Shown here: positions 55,255 to 64,000 of the stretch, piece after piece
Layout of the letters: every line of letters starts with the position of its first letter
How positions within the stretch are numbered: the stretch's first letter is position 1
Origin: Candidatus Bathyarchaeota archaeon
Lineage (GTDB): Archaea; Thermoproteota; Bathyarchaeia; Bathyarchaeales; Bathycorpusculaceae
DNA: 64,000 bases
Direction of reading: 5' to 3'
Assembly (NCBI GenBank): GCA_963772455.1
Contig: CAVYXJ010000005.1
Span: 64,001 to 128,000 of the forward strand
Position numbers and translations under genes: made by a program
Notes under the pieces: generated by a model
What the model saw: the letters and a program-made list of their open reading frames with translations, nothing else
Databases searched by the model: none
Told to the model about the DNA's origin: nothing

Positions 55255-56616
55255 ATGGAAAAATACGATGCAGTAGTTGTTGGAGCAGGAACGGCAGGCT
55301 GCCTTGCAGCAAAAACCATTGCTGAAAAAGGCCTAAAGGTCTGTATAATTGACAAGAAGCCTCGCGAAGAGATCGGAGAAAAAATCTGCGGAGATGCTTT
55401 AGGTGAACATCACTTAAAATTCTTAGGTCTTGAAAAACCTACAGGGGGCGAGTTGGAAGCTAAAATTGACGGTATTAAAATCTACTCTCCAGACGAGAAT
55501 ACTGTTTTCACTATAGCAGATAAAGACTTTATTGGTTACCTACTTAATCGACGCTTATTTGGGCAATGGCTAGTTGAAAAAGCCACCGACAAAGGTGCAT
55601 TACTACAAGATAATATGAATTTCCGTTCACCTATATTCGAAAAAGGATCTGTCGTTGGAATTACTGCTAAGAATATGAAGACCGGCAAAGTCGCTGAACT
55701 TCGAAGCAAGGTGGTGGTTGACGCTAGCGGCTACTTTGGCATGGTACGTAAACAACTCCCGCCCGAGATGGGCATAGACCGCGATATAGCTAATCAAGAC
55801 GTTGAAGCATGTTATCGAGAAATTCGACAATTAAAACAAGAAACAGAAAATACCCGCTTCTGTGAGATCTATCTTAACCAAACAGCCTCACCAGGTGGTT
55901 ATATTTGGATTTTCCCTAAAGGTGGCGCACGCGTGAATGTCGGGCTAGGTATTTGTATGCGCGGCAACTACCCTAATCCCAAGCAGAAACTATACGAAAC
56001 AGCCTTCAAGAAACCTATCTTTGATGGTTCTTTGGTTTTAACTGCCGGATCTTGGTTTGATCCAGTCCGAAGACCTTTAGACAACATGGTTTCGAATGGT
56101 GTTATGTTAGTTGGAGATGCAGCCTCGTTAGTTAACCCGATTCATGGGGGCGGCATCGGGCCTTCAATGCTAAGCGGCTACTTTGCAGGACAACAAATTA
56201 TTGAAGCACTCAGCAAGGGTGAACCCACCAAGGAAGCACTCTGGGGTTACAACAAAAAATACATCGATACCTACGGCAAAAAACAAGGCACTTTAGACAT
56301 CTTTAAAATGTTCCTCTTATCATGCAGTGACGCAGACCTTAACTATGGCATGAACGAGAAATTAATGACAGAAGACGACGTACTCAAGGCTGGAATGGGC
56401 GATGATTTCCACCTAAACATCACCGAAACCGCCAAACGCGTCTTCAAGGGTCTTCGTCGTGTTGGATTCCTCAACAGATTGCGCCTAACGGTTACAATGA
56501 TGAGGGGACTTAGTGCACACTACAACACATATCCTGCAACACCTGAAGGCTTCGAGCCTTGGCGTTTGCAAACAATAAAACTGATTGAAGACGCCAGAAA
56601 AAAACTTGTAGATTAA
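55255..56616 (+). CDS. geranylgeranyl reductase family (digeranylgeranylglycerophospholipid reductase-like)
   Basis: VVGAGTAG, KICGDA, PGGYIWIFPKG and VGDAA..VNPIHGGG motifs. Confidence 0.9.
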   Translation: MEKYDAVVVGAGTAGCLAAKTIAEKGLKVCIIDKKPREEIGEKICGDALGEHHLKFLGLEKPTGGELEAKIDGIKIYSPDENTVFTIADKDFIGYLLNRRLFGQWLVEKATDKGALLQDNMNFRSPIFEKGSVVGITAKNMKTGKVAELRSKVVVDASGYFGMVRKQLPPEMGIDRDIANQDVEACYREIRQLKQETENTRFCEIYLNQTASPGGYIWIFPKGGARVNVGLGICMRGNYPNPKQKLYETAFKKPIFDGSLVLTAGSWFDPVRRPLDNMVSNGVMLVGDAASLVNPIHGGGIGPSMLSGYFAGQQIIEALSKGEPTKEALWGYNKKYIDTYGKKQGTLDIFKMFLLSCSDADLNYGMNEKLMTEDDVLKAGMGDDFHLNITETAKRVFKGLRRVGFLNRLRLTVTMMRGLSAHYNTYPATPEGFEPWRLQTIKLIEDARKKLVD

Positions 56617-56695
56617 TCTTCCAACAATTTTTTATTTTTTTTTCTTCTGTAAATGCTTAAATTCCCAGCTTACATGGATATTATTTGGTGAAAAA

Positions 56696-57061
56696 ATGGT
56701 TTATTGTTCTAACTGTGGCGAAAAAATAGATGATAATGCTTTCTTCTGTCCAAAATGTGGCACTAAAACCCTAGCTGGTAAAGCTTCAAACGCATCTTAC
56801 CCAACTGATGAGATACGGGACGCCTTAAATAAAGTTGGAATTGAATTAGAACGCGCATTCAATCTGGCGGCACGTGAAACACAAGCTGCATTTAGAAAAG
56901 CAAGTGAAAATATGAAGCAAAAAACTTCTTCTAACAATACTTTTAATCGAGAATCTGTTGTTTGTGCCAGTTGTGGAGCAAATAATGTTTCTGACGCAGT
57001 TTTCTGTCGTAGTTGTGGAACAAAAGTAGCATCTGCTGAAAAGTCTTCAGGAAGCAAGTAA
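56696..57061 (+). CDS. double zinc-ribbon domain protein
   Basis: YCSNCG..FCPKCG and CASCG..FCRSCG. Confidence 0.8.
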   Translation: MVYCSNCGEKIDDNAFFCPKCGTKTLAGKASNASYPTDEIRDALNKVGIELERAFNLAARETQAAFRKASENMKQKTSSNNTFNRESVVCASCGANNVSDAVFCRSCGTKVASAEKSSGSK

Positions 57062-57065
57062 TAAA

Positions 57066-57539
57066 ATGAGTTTGAACAAGACGCTGATAGCGTATGTGAG
57101 TAAGGGTGGAGCTACTGAGGAAGCAGCTAAGAAAATAGCAGAAACCTTACGTTCAAAGTTTCAGTTAGAAGTTGATTTGGTTGACCTCAAAGAGCAAAAA
57201 CCACCTGACTTAGAGAAATACCAGAACATAGTGACAGGTGGTGGCGTCAGGGGAGGCAGAATTTACGGTAAAACGCTAAAGTTTCTTGAAAACGATTTAA
57301 GTGGTAAGAAGGTGGCTTTTTTTGTCTCTTCTTCCTGGGCGGGTACACCTGGAAGTTATGAAAATGCAAAGATTAAGTTTGTGATAAACACTTTATCCAA
57401 ATATCCCAAAATTAATCCTGTGAGCACAGAAGCTTTTGGCGGACGTATAAGATATTTTAGAAAAACTATGCTGGATAACACGGACTTAGTTAAAGTTGAG
57501 GCTTGGGCAGAAGAGCTTGGAAAAAAATTCACACAATAA
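57066..57539 (+). CDS. flavodoxin-like protein (HemG/Flavodoxin_5 type)
   Basis: IAYVSKGGATEEAAKKIAE, KKVAFF and FGG motifs. Confidence 0.85.
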   Translation: MSLNKTLIAYVSKGGATEEAAKKIAETLRSKFQLEVDLVDLKEQKPPDLEKYQNIVTGGGVRGGRIYGKTLKFLENDLSGKKVAFFVSSSWAGTPGSYENAKIKFVINTLSKYPKINPVSTEAFGGRIRYFRKTMLDNTDLVKVEAWAEELGKKFTQ

Positions 57540-57741
57540 ACAAAATATTAGCAAAGCAAATGCACTTCTTTGCCCTACATGTTGCGTTGAATACGTTGAG
57601 GTTGAGTTTGATTTTGAAATTGATGGGTTAATTTTGCATAATGTTAAGGTACTTAGATGCCCTGGGTGCGAAGAAGAAGTGTTTAGCCCTGAAGAACATG
57701 AAACGATTCGGAAACGAATCATTGATTCAAAAGAGTTTTAG
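57496..57741 (+). CDS. YgiT/MqsA-type zinc finger protein (start uncertain)
   Basis: CPTC...LHNVKVLRCPGCEEEVFSPE; no clean in-frame start downstream of the flavodoxin stop. Confidence 0.55.
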   Translation: MRLGQKSLEKNSHNKQNISKANALLCPTCCVEYVEVEFDFEIDGLILHNVKVLRCPGCEEEVFSPEEHETIRKRIIDSKEF

Positions 57742-57977
57742 AAAAGCGTTTTGAAGTTATTAATTGAATAGGATTCAGAGAATTAATACTTAGATCAATT
57801 CATTGTTTTTATTAAGAAAAAAATCTCTTTTTTAAGTAAAAATCATTTCAACATCTTTGAGGTTATTGTCTGTGATATTGGGTATAACCTTGTTTTTGCG
57901 GGTCGCAAGGTTTTTATGTTCCGCTTAAATCTGTAAGGTGTCGCCAAGATATAATAGACGGCAAAACAATGGATTGA

Positions 57978-58295
57978 TTGACCAAAATGGTTAGAAAAGC
58001 ACGAATCCGGCTCACAAGTACTGATTACAGTAAATTAGAAGAGGTATGTGGAGAACTCAAAAGCATTGCCTCAAAGACAGGCGTGAAAATGAATGGACCA
58101 GTTCCATTACCCACAAAACGTTTGCGCGTTCCAGTCCTTAAAGGTCCATCAGGCGAAGGCACTGCAACATGGGATCGATGGGAGATGCGTATTCACAAAC
58201 GCCTTATCGATATTGACTCTGAAGAACGTGTCATGCGTAGAATTATGCGCATACGTGTTCCAGAAGAAGTCCATGTCACAATCGAACTTATTTAG
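57978..58295 (+). CDS. rps10: 30S ribosomal protein S10 (uS10)
   Basis: [18 protein letters not shown] and [20 protein letters not shown]. Confidence 0.97.
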   Translation: MTKMVRKARIRLTSTDYSKLEEVCGELKSIASKTGVKMNGPVPLPTKRLRVPVLKGPSGEGTATWDRWEMRIHKRLIDIDSEERVMRRIMRIRVPEEVHVTIELI

Positions 58296-58436
58296 TTCTA
58301 ATTATTTATTTTTTGTTTCTTAATTCAGCATATAGTATATTTTCTAAATCTTCGATGTGCCTAGCAATTAAGATGTGAAAATCAAAGAAGTTTGAGGAAC
58401 ATTTTAGTCTGTTACCGTAATGACTTGGTCAGATGA

Positions 58437-59273
58437 TCAAGGAGTAGGAATAATCGTTGTTTTAAAGAAGAGTATCCATCCTGTTATTGCTATTAAAACG
58501 GCAGAGGGAATGACCGCGGCTACCCATACTCTCTTGTTTAAATTGAAAATTTTGTAGCCATCGAATACTCCGAATGGAATTAGATTAAAGATTGCCATGA
58601 ACGCGTTGATATATGCTGAGAAAATCAGCATTAACCGCCAGTAAATATCAATTATCGGCAATCCAAATGCTAAACCCAGAAACAGTGCGGCGAATATCAT
58701 GTTGGTAATAACTCCTGCAACTGAGATTTTCACCATGTCCTTAGATGTGGGCGCGTTTCCTCCAATCATCATGGCGCCGGGTGCAATCATTTTGAAGGGT
58801 AAAAACACTGAAACAAGCGTTAATATGGCTCCAAATGTTGTTAGACGGAATTCCGCCCACATTCCTGCTTGTTGAGCCATTACTTTGTGAGCGAATTCAT
58901 GAACCAAGAAAGAAACTGTCATAATTACTGCGAAAGCGGCCATAACAGCCCAACTCCAACTAAAACTATACCAAGCCATCGATAAACCTACGCCTGTAAC
59001 GAGTGCCGCTGCAACGCCGATGTTTTTGAGTTCTTTTGGGCTTGTTGTGATGTGGTTTTTGCGTCTGTAAGGGTCTTGACCGAACACATAGCTGTAATTG
59101 TAAGAGTTGTAGCCTTGCTGATTCATCACTCGCTCTTGGGTTTGTTGGCGAGCGTTGTTGATTGCTGGGCACTTGTGGTTTTCGGGTAAATGGTGGTCAC
59201 CGCAGAATTGTCCGCCGCAGAACGGGCAGCGGAACGGTATAAAAGACTCTGTATTGCATTCTTGGCATTTCAT
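58437..59273 (-). CDS. AN1-type zinc finger fused to site-2 protease (M50)
   Basis: CQEC..PFRCPFCGGQFCGDHHLPENHKC, then HEFAH and FNLIPFGVFDG. Confidence 0.88.
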   Translation of the reverse strand: MKCQECNTESFIPFRCPFCGGQFCGDHHLPENHKCPAINNARQQTQERVMNQQGYNSYNYSYVFGQDPYRRKNHITTSPKELKNIGVAAALVTGVGLSMAWYSFSWSWAVMAAFAVIMTVSFLVHEFAHKVMAQQAGMWAEFRLTTFGAILTLVSVFLPFKMIAPGAMMIGGNAPTSKDMVKISVAGVITNMIFAALFLGLAFGLPIIDIYWRLMLIFSAYINAFMAIFNLIPFGVFDGYKIFNLNKRVWVAAVIPSAVLIAITGWILFFKTTIIPTP

Positions 59274-59500
59274 GTGGGTCTAGCGCCTTTTACACTAAAA
59301 TGCATATGGTATCTTATATTTTTACGCCAAAATAATGGATAATTCACCTAAGTTTAGTGTTGGCAGAAAAGATTCTGACTTAAATGGTCAATTTATTCTG
59401 GTCAAAAATAAAAAATGCTCTTTAACCAAACTTGCATAAATGCTTTAAAACATGCAAACATTATCAACTGTACAAGAAAAACATTAGGTGACTCGCCAAT

Positions 59501-60706
59501 TTGAAGCCATTTAGTTTTGTGCACGCTGCAGATTTGCATTTGGGTTATGCTCAGTACGGTTTAGAGACTAGAAGGCAAGACTTCGACGATGCATTCAAAG
59601 AATTAGTAGATAAGACAATCGAGTTGAAACCTGACTTTATGATTATTGCAGGTGACCTTTTTCATCAGGCGAGGCCATCTAATCATACCTTAGAAAATAC
59701 TATTCGAAGTTTTAAACGGTTAAAAGATGCGGATATCCCAGTTTTGACTGTAGATGGTTCACATGATTCAGCCCCTAATACAATAACTAGCACGATTCTC
59801 TATCCACTTGATAGCGCAGGTTTAATCATCCATCTTCCGAGGCATCAAGGCGCATGTTGGAGTAAAGAAAATTCATGCTACGTCTACGGGATACCTACCT
59901 ATCACAATAGGAATAAAACCCAAGAAGCGCTTCCAAAATTCATGGAGGATAATCCTCCCAAGCCGAAGTCAGGAATTGGCAACATTTTTGTTTTACATGG
60001 CGCGCTGGATTTGCCAGATGTCAAGGGACCTTTTGAAGCGGAAATCTCGCCCGATGAGTTGCCGGGTGGATTTTGTTATTATGCTGCAGGTCACCTCCAC
60101 AAACAATGTATGAGCAAACTTAAAGACGGTATCTTAGCATATAGTGGCAGCACCGAAACCGTAAGTTATGACGAAGCCAAGAATATCAAAGGTTTCTACC
60201 ACGTCAAAGTCGATGAAAAAGGTCAAGTTAAACCAGAAATAATAGAATTGACTTCACCCCGCAAGTTTATCATTATGGACGAACAGGATTTTACTGGCAT
60301 GGCTTCAGCCAAGATAACTGAATTAGCAATCCAAATGGTAAAGGATTCCGATGAAGAAGGTGCAGTGATTATTCCAGTTCTTAGGGGAACTTTACCTTCT
60401 GAAGCAAATCGATCAGAAATTGATGTTGCAAAAATCCGAAATGCGGGGGAAAAAGCGCTGCTCGTTCACCCAGTTGTTTTGCTTAAGGAGACGGTGGTTT
60501 CTGACGAAATTGTACGTTCAATATTTGAAAGCGGATGCAAAGATTTCAAAACCAAAGCTTTTGAATATTTCCAGCAAATTTTTTCGGAAAGATATGGCAA
60601 AGATGAAGCAGAAAAAATCGCAAAGGGAGCATTAAATTTAATTGAGCCCTTAACTCGAAAACAGGATGAAAAAGTTAAACAAGCGATCGAGGAACTCGCG
60701 AAATGA
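59501..60706 (+). CDS. mre11: DNA double-strand break repair nuclease Mre11
   Basis: ADLHLG, AGDLF, GSHD, GHLH and YSGSTE motifs; coupled to rad50. Confidence 0.92.
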   Translation: MKPFSFVHAADLHLGYAQYGLETRRQDFDDAFKELVDKTIELKPDFMIIAGDLFHQARPSNHTLENTIRSFKRLKDADIPVLTVDGSHDSAPNTITSTILYPLDSAGLIIHLPRHQGACWSKENSCYVYGIPTYHNRNKTQEALPKFMEDNPPKPKSGIGNIFVLHGALDLPDVKGPFEAEISPDELPGGFCYYAAGHLHKQCMSKLKDGILAYSGSTETVSYDEAKNIKGFYHVKVDEKGQVKPEIIELTSPRKFIIMDEQDFTGMASAKITELAIQMVKDSDEEGAVIIPVLRGTLPSEANRSEIDVAKIRNAGEKALLVHPVVLLKETVVSDEIVRSIFESGCKDFKTKAFEYFQQIFSERYGKDEAEKIAKGALNLIEPLTRKQDEKVKQAIEELAK

Positions 60707-62790
60707 AAATTGAAATCGTGCAGTTGGAAAATATCCGCAGTCACGTAAAATCCACTGTACCTTTCACTCGTGGGTTTAATTGTCTTGTAGGCGGTTTAGG
60801 CTGTGGCAAGTCCAGCGTCATGTACGCGGTTGATTTTGCGTTATTTGGAGACTCGATTGGGAGAAGTTTTGAGTATTTGCTCCGTGAAGGCAGCGACTCG
60901 GGGAAGGTTACGATTCAATTCAAGCACAATGGGAGAACATACAAGCTGATTAGAGGATTGAAGAGGAAAGGTAAAAGTATTAACCAAGATTTTGAGGAAC
61001 TTAAGCTCTTTGAGGATGAGAAACTTGTTGCAAGTATGAAAACTGATGCTATCGCTGAGCAGTTAAAGGCAATTACTGGGTTAGATAAGGACCTTTATCG
61101 AGAAATCATCTGGTTTAGACAAGAACATCTCAAAGAACTTTTAGATGCAACTCCGCGGGACAGGCAAAGACGCTTAGATGAGCTTTTTGGATTATCGGAT
61201 TTTGAAGTTGCATGGAGCAACATTGCTCAGTATCAACGGGACTATGACACTGAAAAAAGGGTTTATGAAAAAGATCCTGATGTTAACGGTTTGGAAAAAC
61301 TCAACAACGAATACAACAGGGCAGGAGAAGAATTCACTCTATTAGAGATGGATTTGGAGAATTCAAAGCAGAGACTGGCAATTACCAAAAGAGCTTTGGA
61401 TGAAGCAAACTCCAAACTAAAACAGTTAGAAGAGAAAAAACTCGCTATAGAAGAACTAAAACGAAAAGAAGCTCGACTAACCGCTAACATCACCAACATG
61501 AACAATACTTTTTCATCGCTTAACGAACGTATAGAAGGCAAGAAAAGTATAGTTGACAATTTGTGTCAACGCAAAAATTCACTGGATTCTCAAATAAAAA
61601 TATGTCTAAATAGACTTGAGCAAGCAGGATTACCAGTTGATCAATCCATTGAGCAATTAGGTTCTTGTTTAGCTGAGATTGACGATAAAATCAGCAGTTT
61701 AAAAGCTGAGCAGGAAGCTACCTCTCGAAGCATGCAAACTGACCAGAAAAGAGTAGTTCAGTTAGCTGAAGAGAGTAAATGTCCGCTTTGCATTCAACCC
61801 TTGGCGGGCGATTACAAATCAGATATGTTAACGAAAATACAAAAGGAAAACATTGAACGAGAAAAAATAATTAATCAACTTCGAATAGAAGTTACAAATC
61901 TGCAAAAAACTAAAGTTATTGCTTCGGAAGCCTATTCCAGCTTGCAAACTTGTGCAACTCGTAACGCGGATTTGAAAATAAGAATAATTGAAGAAGGAAA
62001 CAACCTCACCACCCTTTCAAGCGAACTTGATGAAAAAAAGAAATTTGATGCTGATATGCGTTCGCAATTAGACATTGTGGAACTTGAAATCGAAAAATTT
62101 AACCTCTCAGACCTCGATGCAGCTCGCATGCAAAGAGAACATACTTTTAAGCAATTTTATGTTTTGGAATCGGATTTACGCACAAAAGAGAATCGCAAAA
62201 AAGACCTATCTCAACGTTTAGATGACACCAAAGAAAGAATAGACATTGCACAGGAAAAAATTGAACGAATGGAGAAAATCGGAAAAACCGTTGAAATCCT
62301 CGGGGCGATCAGGGATGCTTATCGCAGCATTCAACCTAAACTAAGAAGTGAGTTTGTAAAGGTTTTACGCAATTTTGTTCAGCAGGTGCTTGATAGTTTA
62401 GTTGGTGGGGAAGGACCAATGTTGAATGTGGTTATCGATGAAACTTATTCTCCATACGTGAAAAGTGAGACAGGCGTGGACCGGGAAGTTTGTAACCTCT
62501 CAGGCGGAGAAAGGACTTTGCTTGCGTTTGCTTATCGACTAGGGCTGGGGCAAATTATTATGCAATCACGAACGGGTCACGGCTTGGGGATGCTAATGCT
62601 TGATGAACCTACAGAAAACTTGGGCAGCGAAGATGGCAGCATAGAGCGGTTAGCTGAAGCCATTAGCCGGTTTAAAGCAATTGAACAAATCATTGCGGTA
62701 ACTCATAGTGAAGCTTTCGCAGGTAAAGCTGACCACGTTATAACTCTAGAGAAAGAAGCTGGTGCAAGTAAAATATCCATCGAGCGCTAA
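60703..62790 (+). CDS. rad50: DNA double-strand break repair ATPase Rad50
   Basis: LENIRSH, Walker A GxxGCGKSS, coiled coils with CPLC zinc hook, LSGGE, LDEPT and VTH. Confidence 0.92.
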   Translation: MKIEIVQLENIRSHVKSTVPFTRGFNCLVGGLGCGKSSVMYAVDFALFGDSIGRSFEYLLREGSDSGKVTIQFKHNGRTYKLIRGLKRKGKSINQDFEELKLFEDEKLVASMKTDAIAEQLKAITGLDKDLYREIIWFRQEHLKELLDATPRDRQRRLDELFGLSDFEVAWSNIAQYQRDYDTEKRVYEKDPDVNGLEKLNNEYNRAGEEFTLLEMDLENSKQRLAITKRALDEANSKLKQLEEKKLAIEELKRKEARLTANITNMNNTFSSLNERIEGKKSIVDNLCQRKNSLDSQIKICLNRLEQAGLPVDQSIEQLGSCLAEIDDKISSLKAEQEATSRSMQTDQKRVVQLAEESKCPLCIQPLAGDYKSDMLTKIQKENIEREKIINQLRIEVTNLQKTKVIASEAYSSLQTCATRNADLKIRIIEEGNNLTTLSSELDEKKKFDADMRSQLDIVELEIEKFNLSDLDAARMQREHTFKQFYVLESDLRTKENRKKDLSQRLDDTKERIDIAQEKIERMEKIGKTVEILGAIRDAYRSIQPKLRSEFVKVLRNFVQQVLDSLVGGEGPMLNVVIDETYSPYVKSETGVDREVCNLSGGERTLLAFAYRLGLGQIIMQSRTGHGLGMLMLDEPTENLGSEDGSIERLAEAISRFKAIEQIIAVTHSEAFAGKADHVITLEKEAGASKISIER

Positions 62791-62851
62791 ATTGTGCTAG
62801 CGCCTCAAGTGGAATACTACATTTAACTTTTAGATGTTGTGAGTTTTGAGA

Positions 62852-63574
62852 TTAAACTAAAGAATAGATAATAATCGCTATGCCAAAAATGATGCTTGCT
62901 GAACCTGTGAGAGCCTTAATTATTTTGTGCACTTTCTCCAAATTTGAAGCTGTATAAGCGATAACCGACCCAACTATGCATGCAATGCCCACCATTCCTA
63001 AGATTACGCCTACCCCAAAAAAGAAGATGAAGACTGTTCCTATCGTAAGTGAGTTAACTGTTGACAGTGTAACCAGCATTAAGGCTGCGCTGCCTCCGAG
63101 TCCTTGAATTGCGCCTGTGATTGCTGATTTGTGTAGATGCGTGTGAGAATGTTCGTGTTCATTGGTATCGTGTTTGTTGTTATGTTTGTGAGTGTGGGAA
63201 TGCGGATGTGTATGTGAATGGCTTTGTTCATGTGCTGCTTGATGAATGCTGTTTCTTTCGGTGATTAATGGCCTAACTACAAGTACTCCTAAAATTATCA
63301 GCAGAACTCCAGCGGCGCAATCAAACAATTTTAGAACAGTTTGTGGTATTGCAACGCTAAATGTAAGCACCAACAACCCAATTGCTAATAGTACTACTGA
63401 ATGGCCAATTCCCCAGACTGTGGCTGAAGTGATGCATTTACGTAGACTTTTATTATTGCATACTAATGCGGATACTGCCACAACGTGATCTGGGTCTAAT
63501 GAATGCCCCAAACCCAAGCCTAATCCCGTAAGTAGGATAAAGATTATCGACAGATCCACGCCAATGCATACCAA
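62852..63574 (-). CDS. nickel/cobalt transporter (NiCoT/UreH/RcnA-like) with His-rich loop
   Basis: GHSLDPDH, WGIGHS, HSHTHPHSHTH loop and GLGGSAAL. Confidence 0.85.
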   Translation of the reverse strand: MVCIGVDLSIIFILLTGLGLGLGHSLDPDHVVAVSALVCNNKSLRKCITSATVWGIGHSVVLLAIGLLVLTFSVAIPQTVLKLFDCAAGVLLIILGVLVVRPLITERNSIHQAAHEQSHSHTHPHSHTHKHNNKHDTNEHEHSHTHLHKSAITGAIQGLGGSAALMLVTLSTVNSLTIGTVFIFFFGVGVILGMVGIACIVGSVIAYTASNLEKVHKIIKALTGSASIIFGIAIIIYSLV

Positions 63575-63630
63575 TTAATCAAATAGTAATACTTTTCCAT
63601 ACGGTAACGCGAATATTATCGCTTATTAAA

Positions 63631-63999
63631 TCATTTTTGTTTATTTGCAGTTTTAACGATAGCTTCCAAAACGCATTTTGTAAAAGGCCCTAATTGTGGC
63701 TGGTCTTCGGATTTTGATTTATTTAAGGCAGATGTTAAAGTAGCATCGGAGGCACACTTCAATGTTGTTTTAACAATTTCTTCAAACAATATTGAGTCTA
63801 CTGAATTGCCATTTTTTTCGGGAATTAATCCTTTTAATAAATCTTCGTCAAGCCTAAGAGTTGCAATTACAAGCCTTGCAATTTTGTCATCCAAGAGGAT
63901 TAATTCAAACTGTTTTTCGAGTTGTTTGTACCTTGGGCTTTCCTTAGCTATTTTGCTGTCAAAAACCTGAGATATTATAGTTTCAAATGATAGGCGTCT
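63631..63999 (-). CDS. hypothetical protein, 5' part outside the window
   Basis: The reading frame of ORF 63631..63894 stays open to the window end (RRLSFETIISQVFDSK...). Confidence 0.6.
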   Translation of the reverse strand, partial: RRLSFETIISQVFDSKIAKESPRYKQLEKQFELILLDDKIARLVIATLRLDEDLLKGLIPEKNGNSVDSILFEEIVKTTLKCASDATLTSALNKSKSEDQPQLGPFTKCVLEAIVKTANKQK

Positions 64000-64000
64000 A

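Noticed and set aside
63140-63245. TG-rich repetitive tract
   Set aside because: It is the reverse complement of the His-rich loop codons of the Ni/Co transporter, not a CRISPR array or satellite.

Overview
AT-rich archaeal chromosomal window. Archaeal markers include dph5, CTP-dependent riboflavin kinase, ribL, geranylgeranyl reductase, rps10, mre11/rad50, Rpo5 and a tRNA-Ser(GCT) gene; the gene content suggests a TACK/Bathyarchaeia-like anaerobe (inference). The left ~18 kb, downstream of the tRNA, looks accessory. It holds an MFS pump, two tandem Amt transporters, a CorA-like channel, a surface protein, an ABC exporter and a translationally coupled 4-gene operon (pyruvyltransferase-like, reductase-adenylation fusion, V4R-like, GMC oxidoreductase). 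Four single-base frameshifts fall between 4.7 and 13.5 kb. The remainder is mostly core metabolism: a 2-oxoacid:ferredoxin oxidoreductase, nrdR-nrdD-nrdG, thiolase/DUF35, cobalamin salvage, flavin synthesis and asnA-pckG under an Lrp regulator. It also carries one 1889-aa Hhe-like defence helicase-nuclease. Best leads: (1) an Rpo5 with a eukaryote-RPB5-like N-terminal jaw domain, standing outside the rpoHBA operon; (2) the uncharacterised acyl-activating/reducing operon; (3) a nested Mop/molbindin start inside modE; (4) a bacterial-type NrdR box next to an archaeal TATA box; (5) non-canonical key residues in KorB, CorA, Amt and Mre11/Rad50. No CRISPR array, rRNA, integrase or transposase was seen. 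Family calls come from motif recognition by eye, not from database searches.
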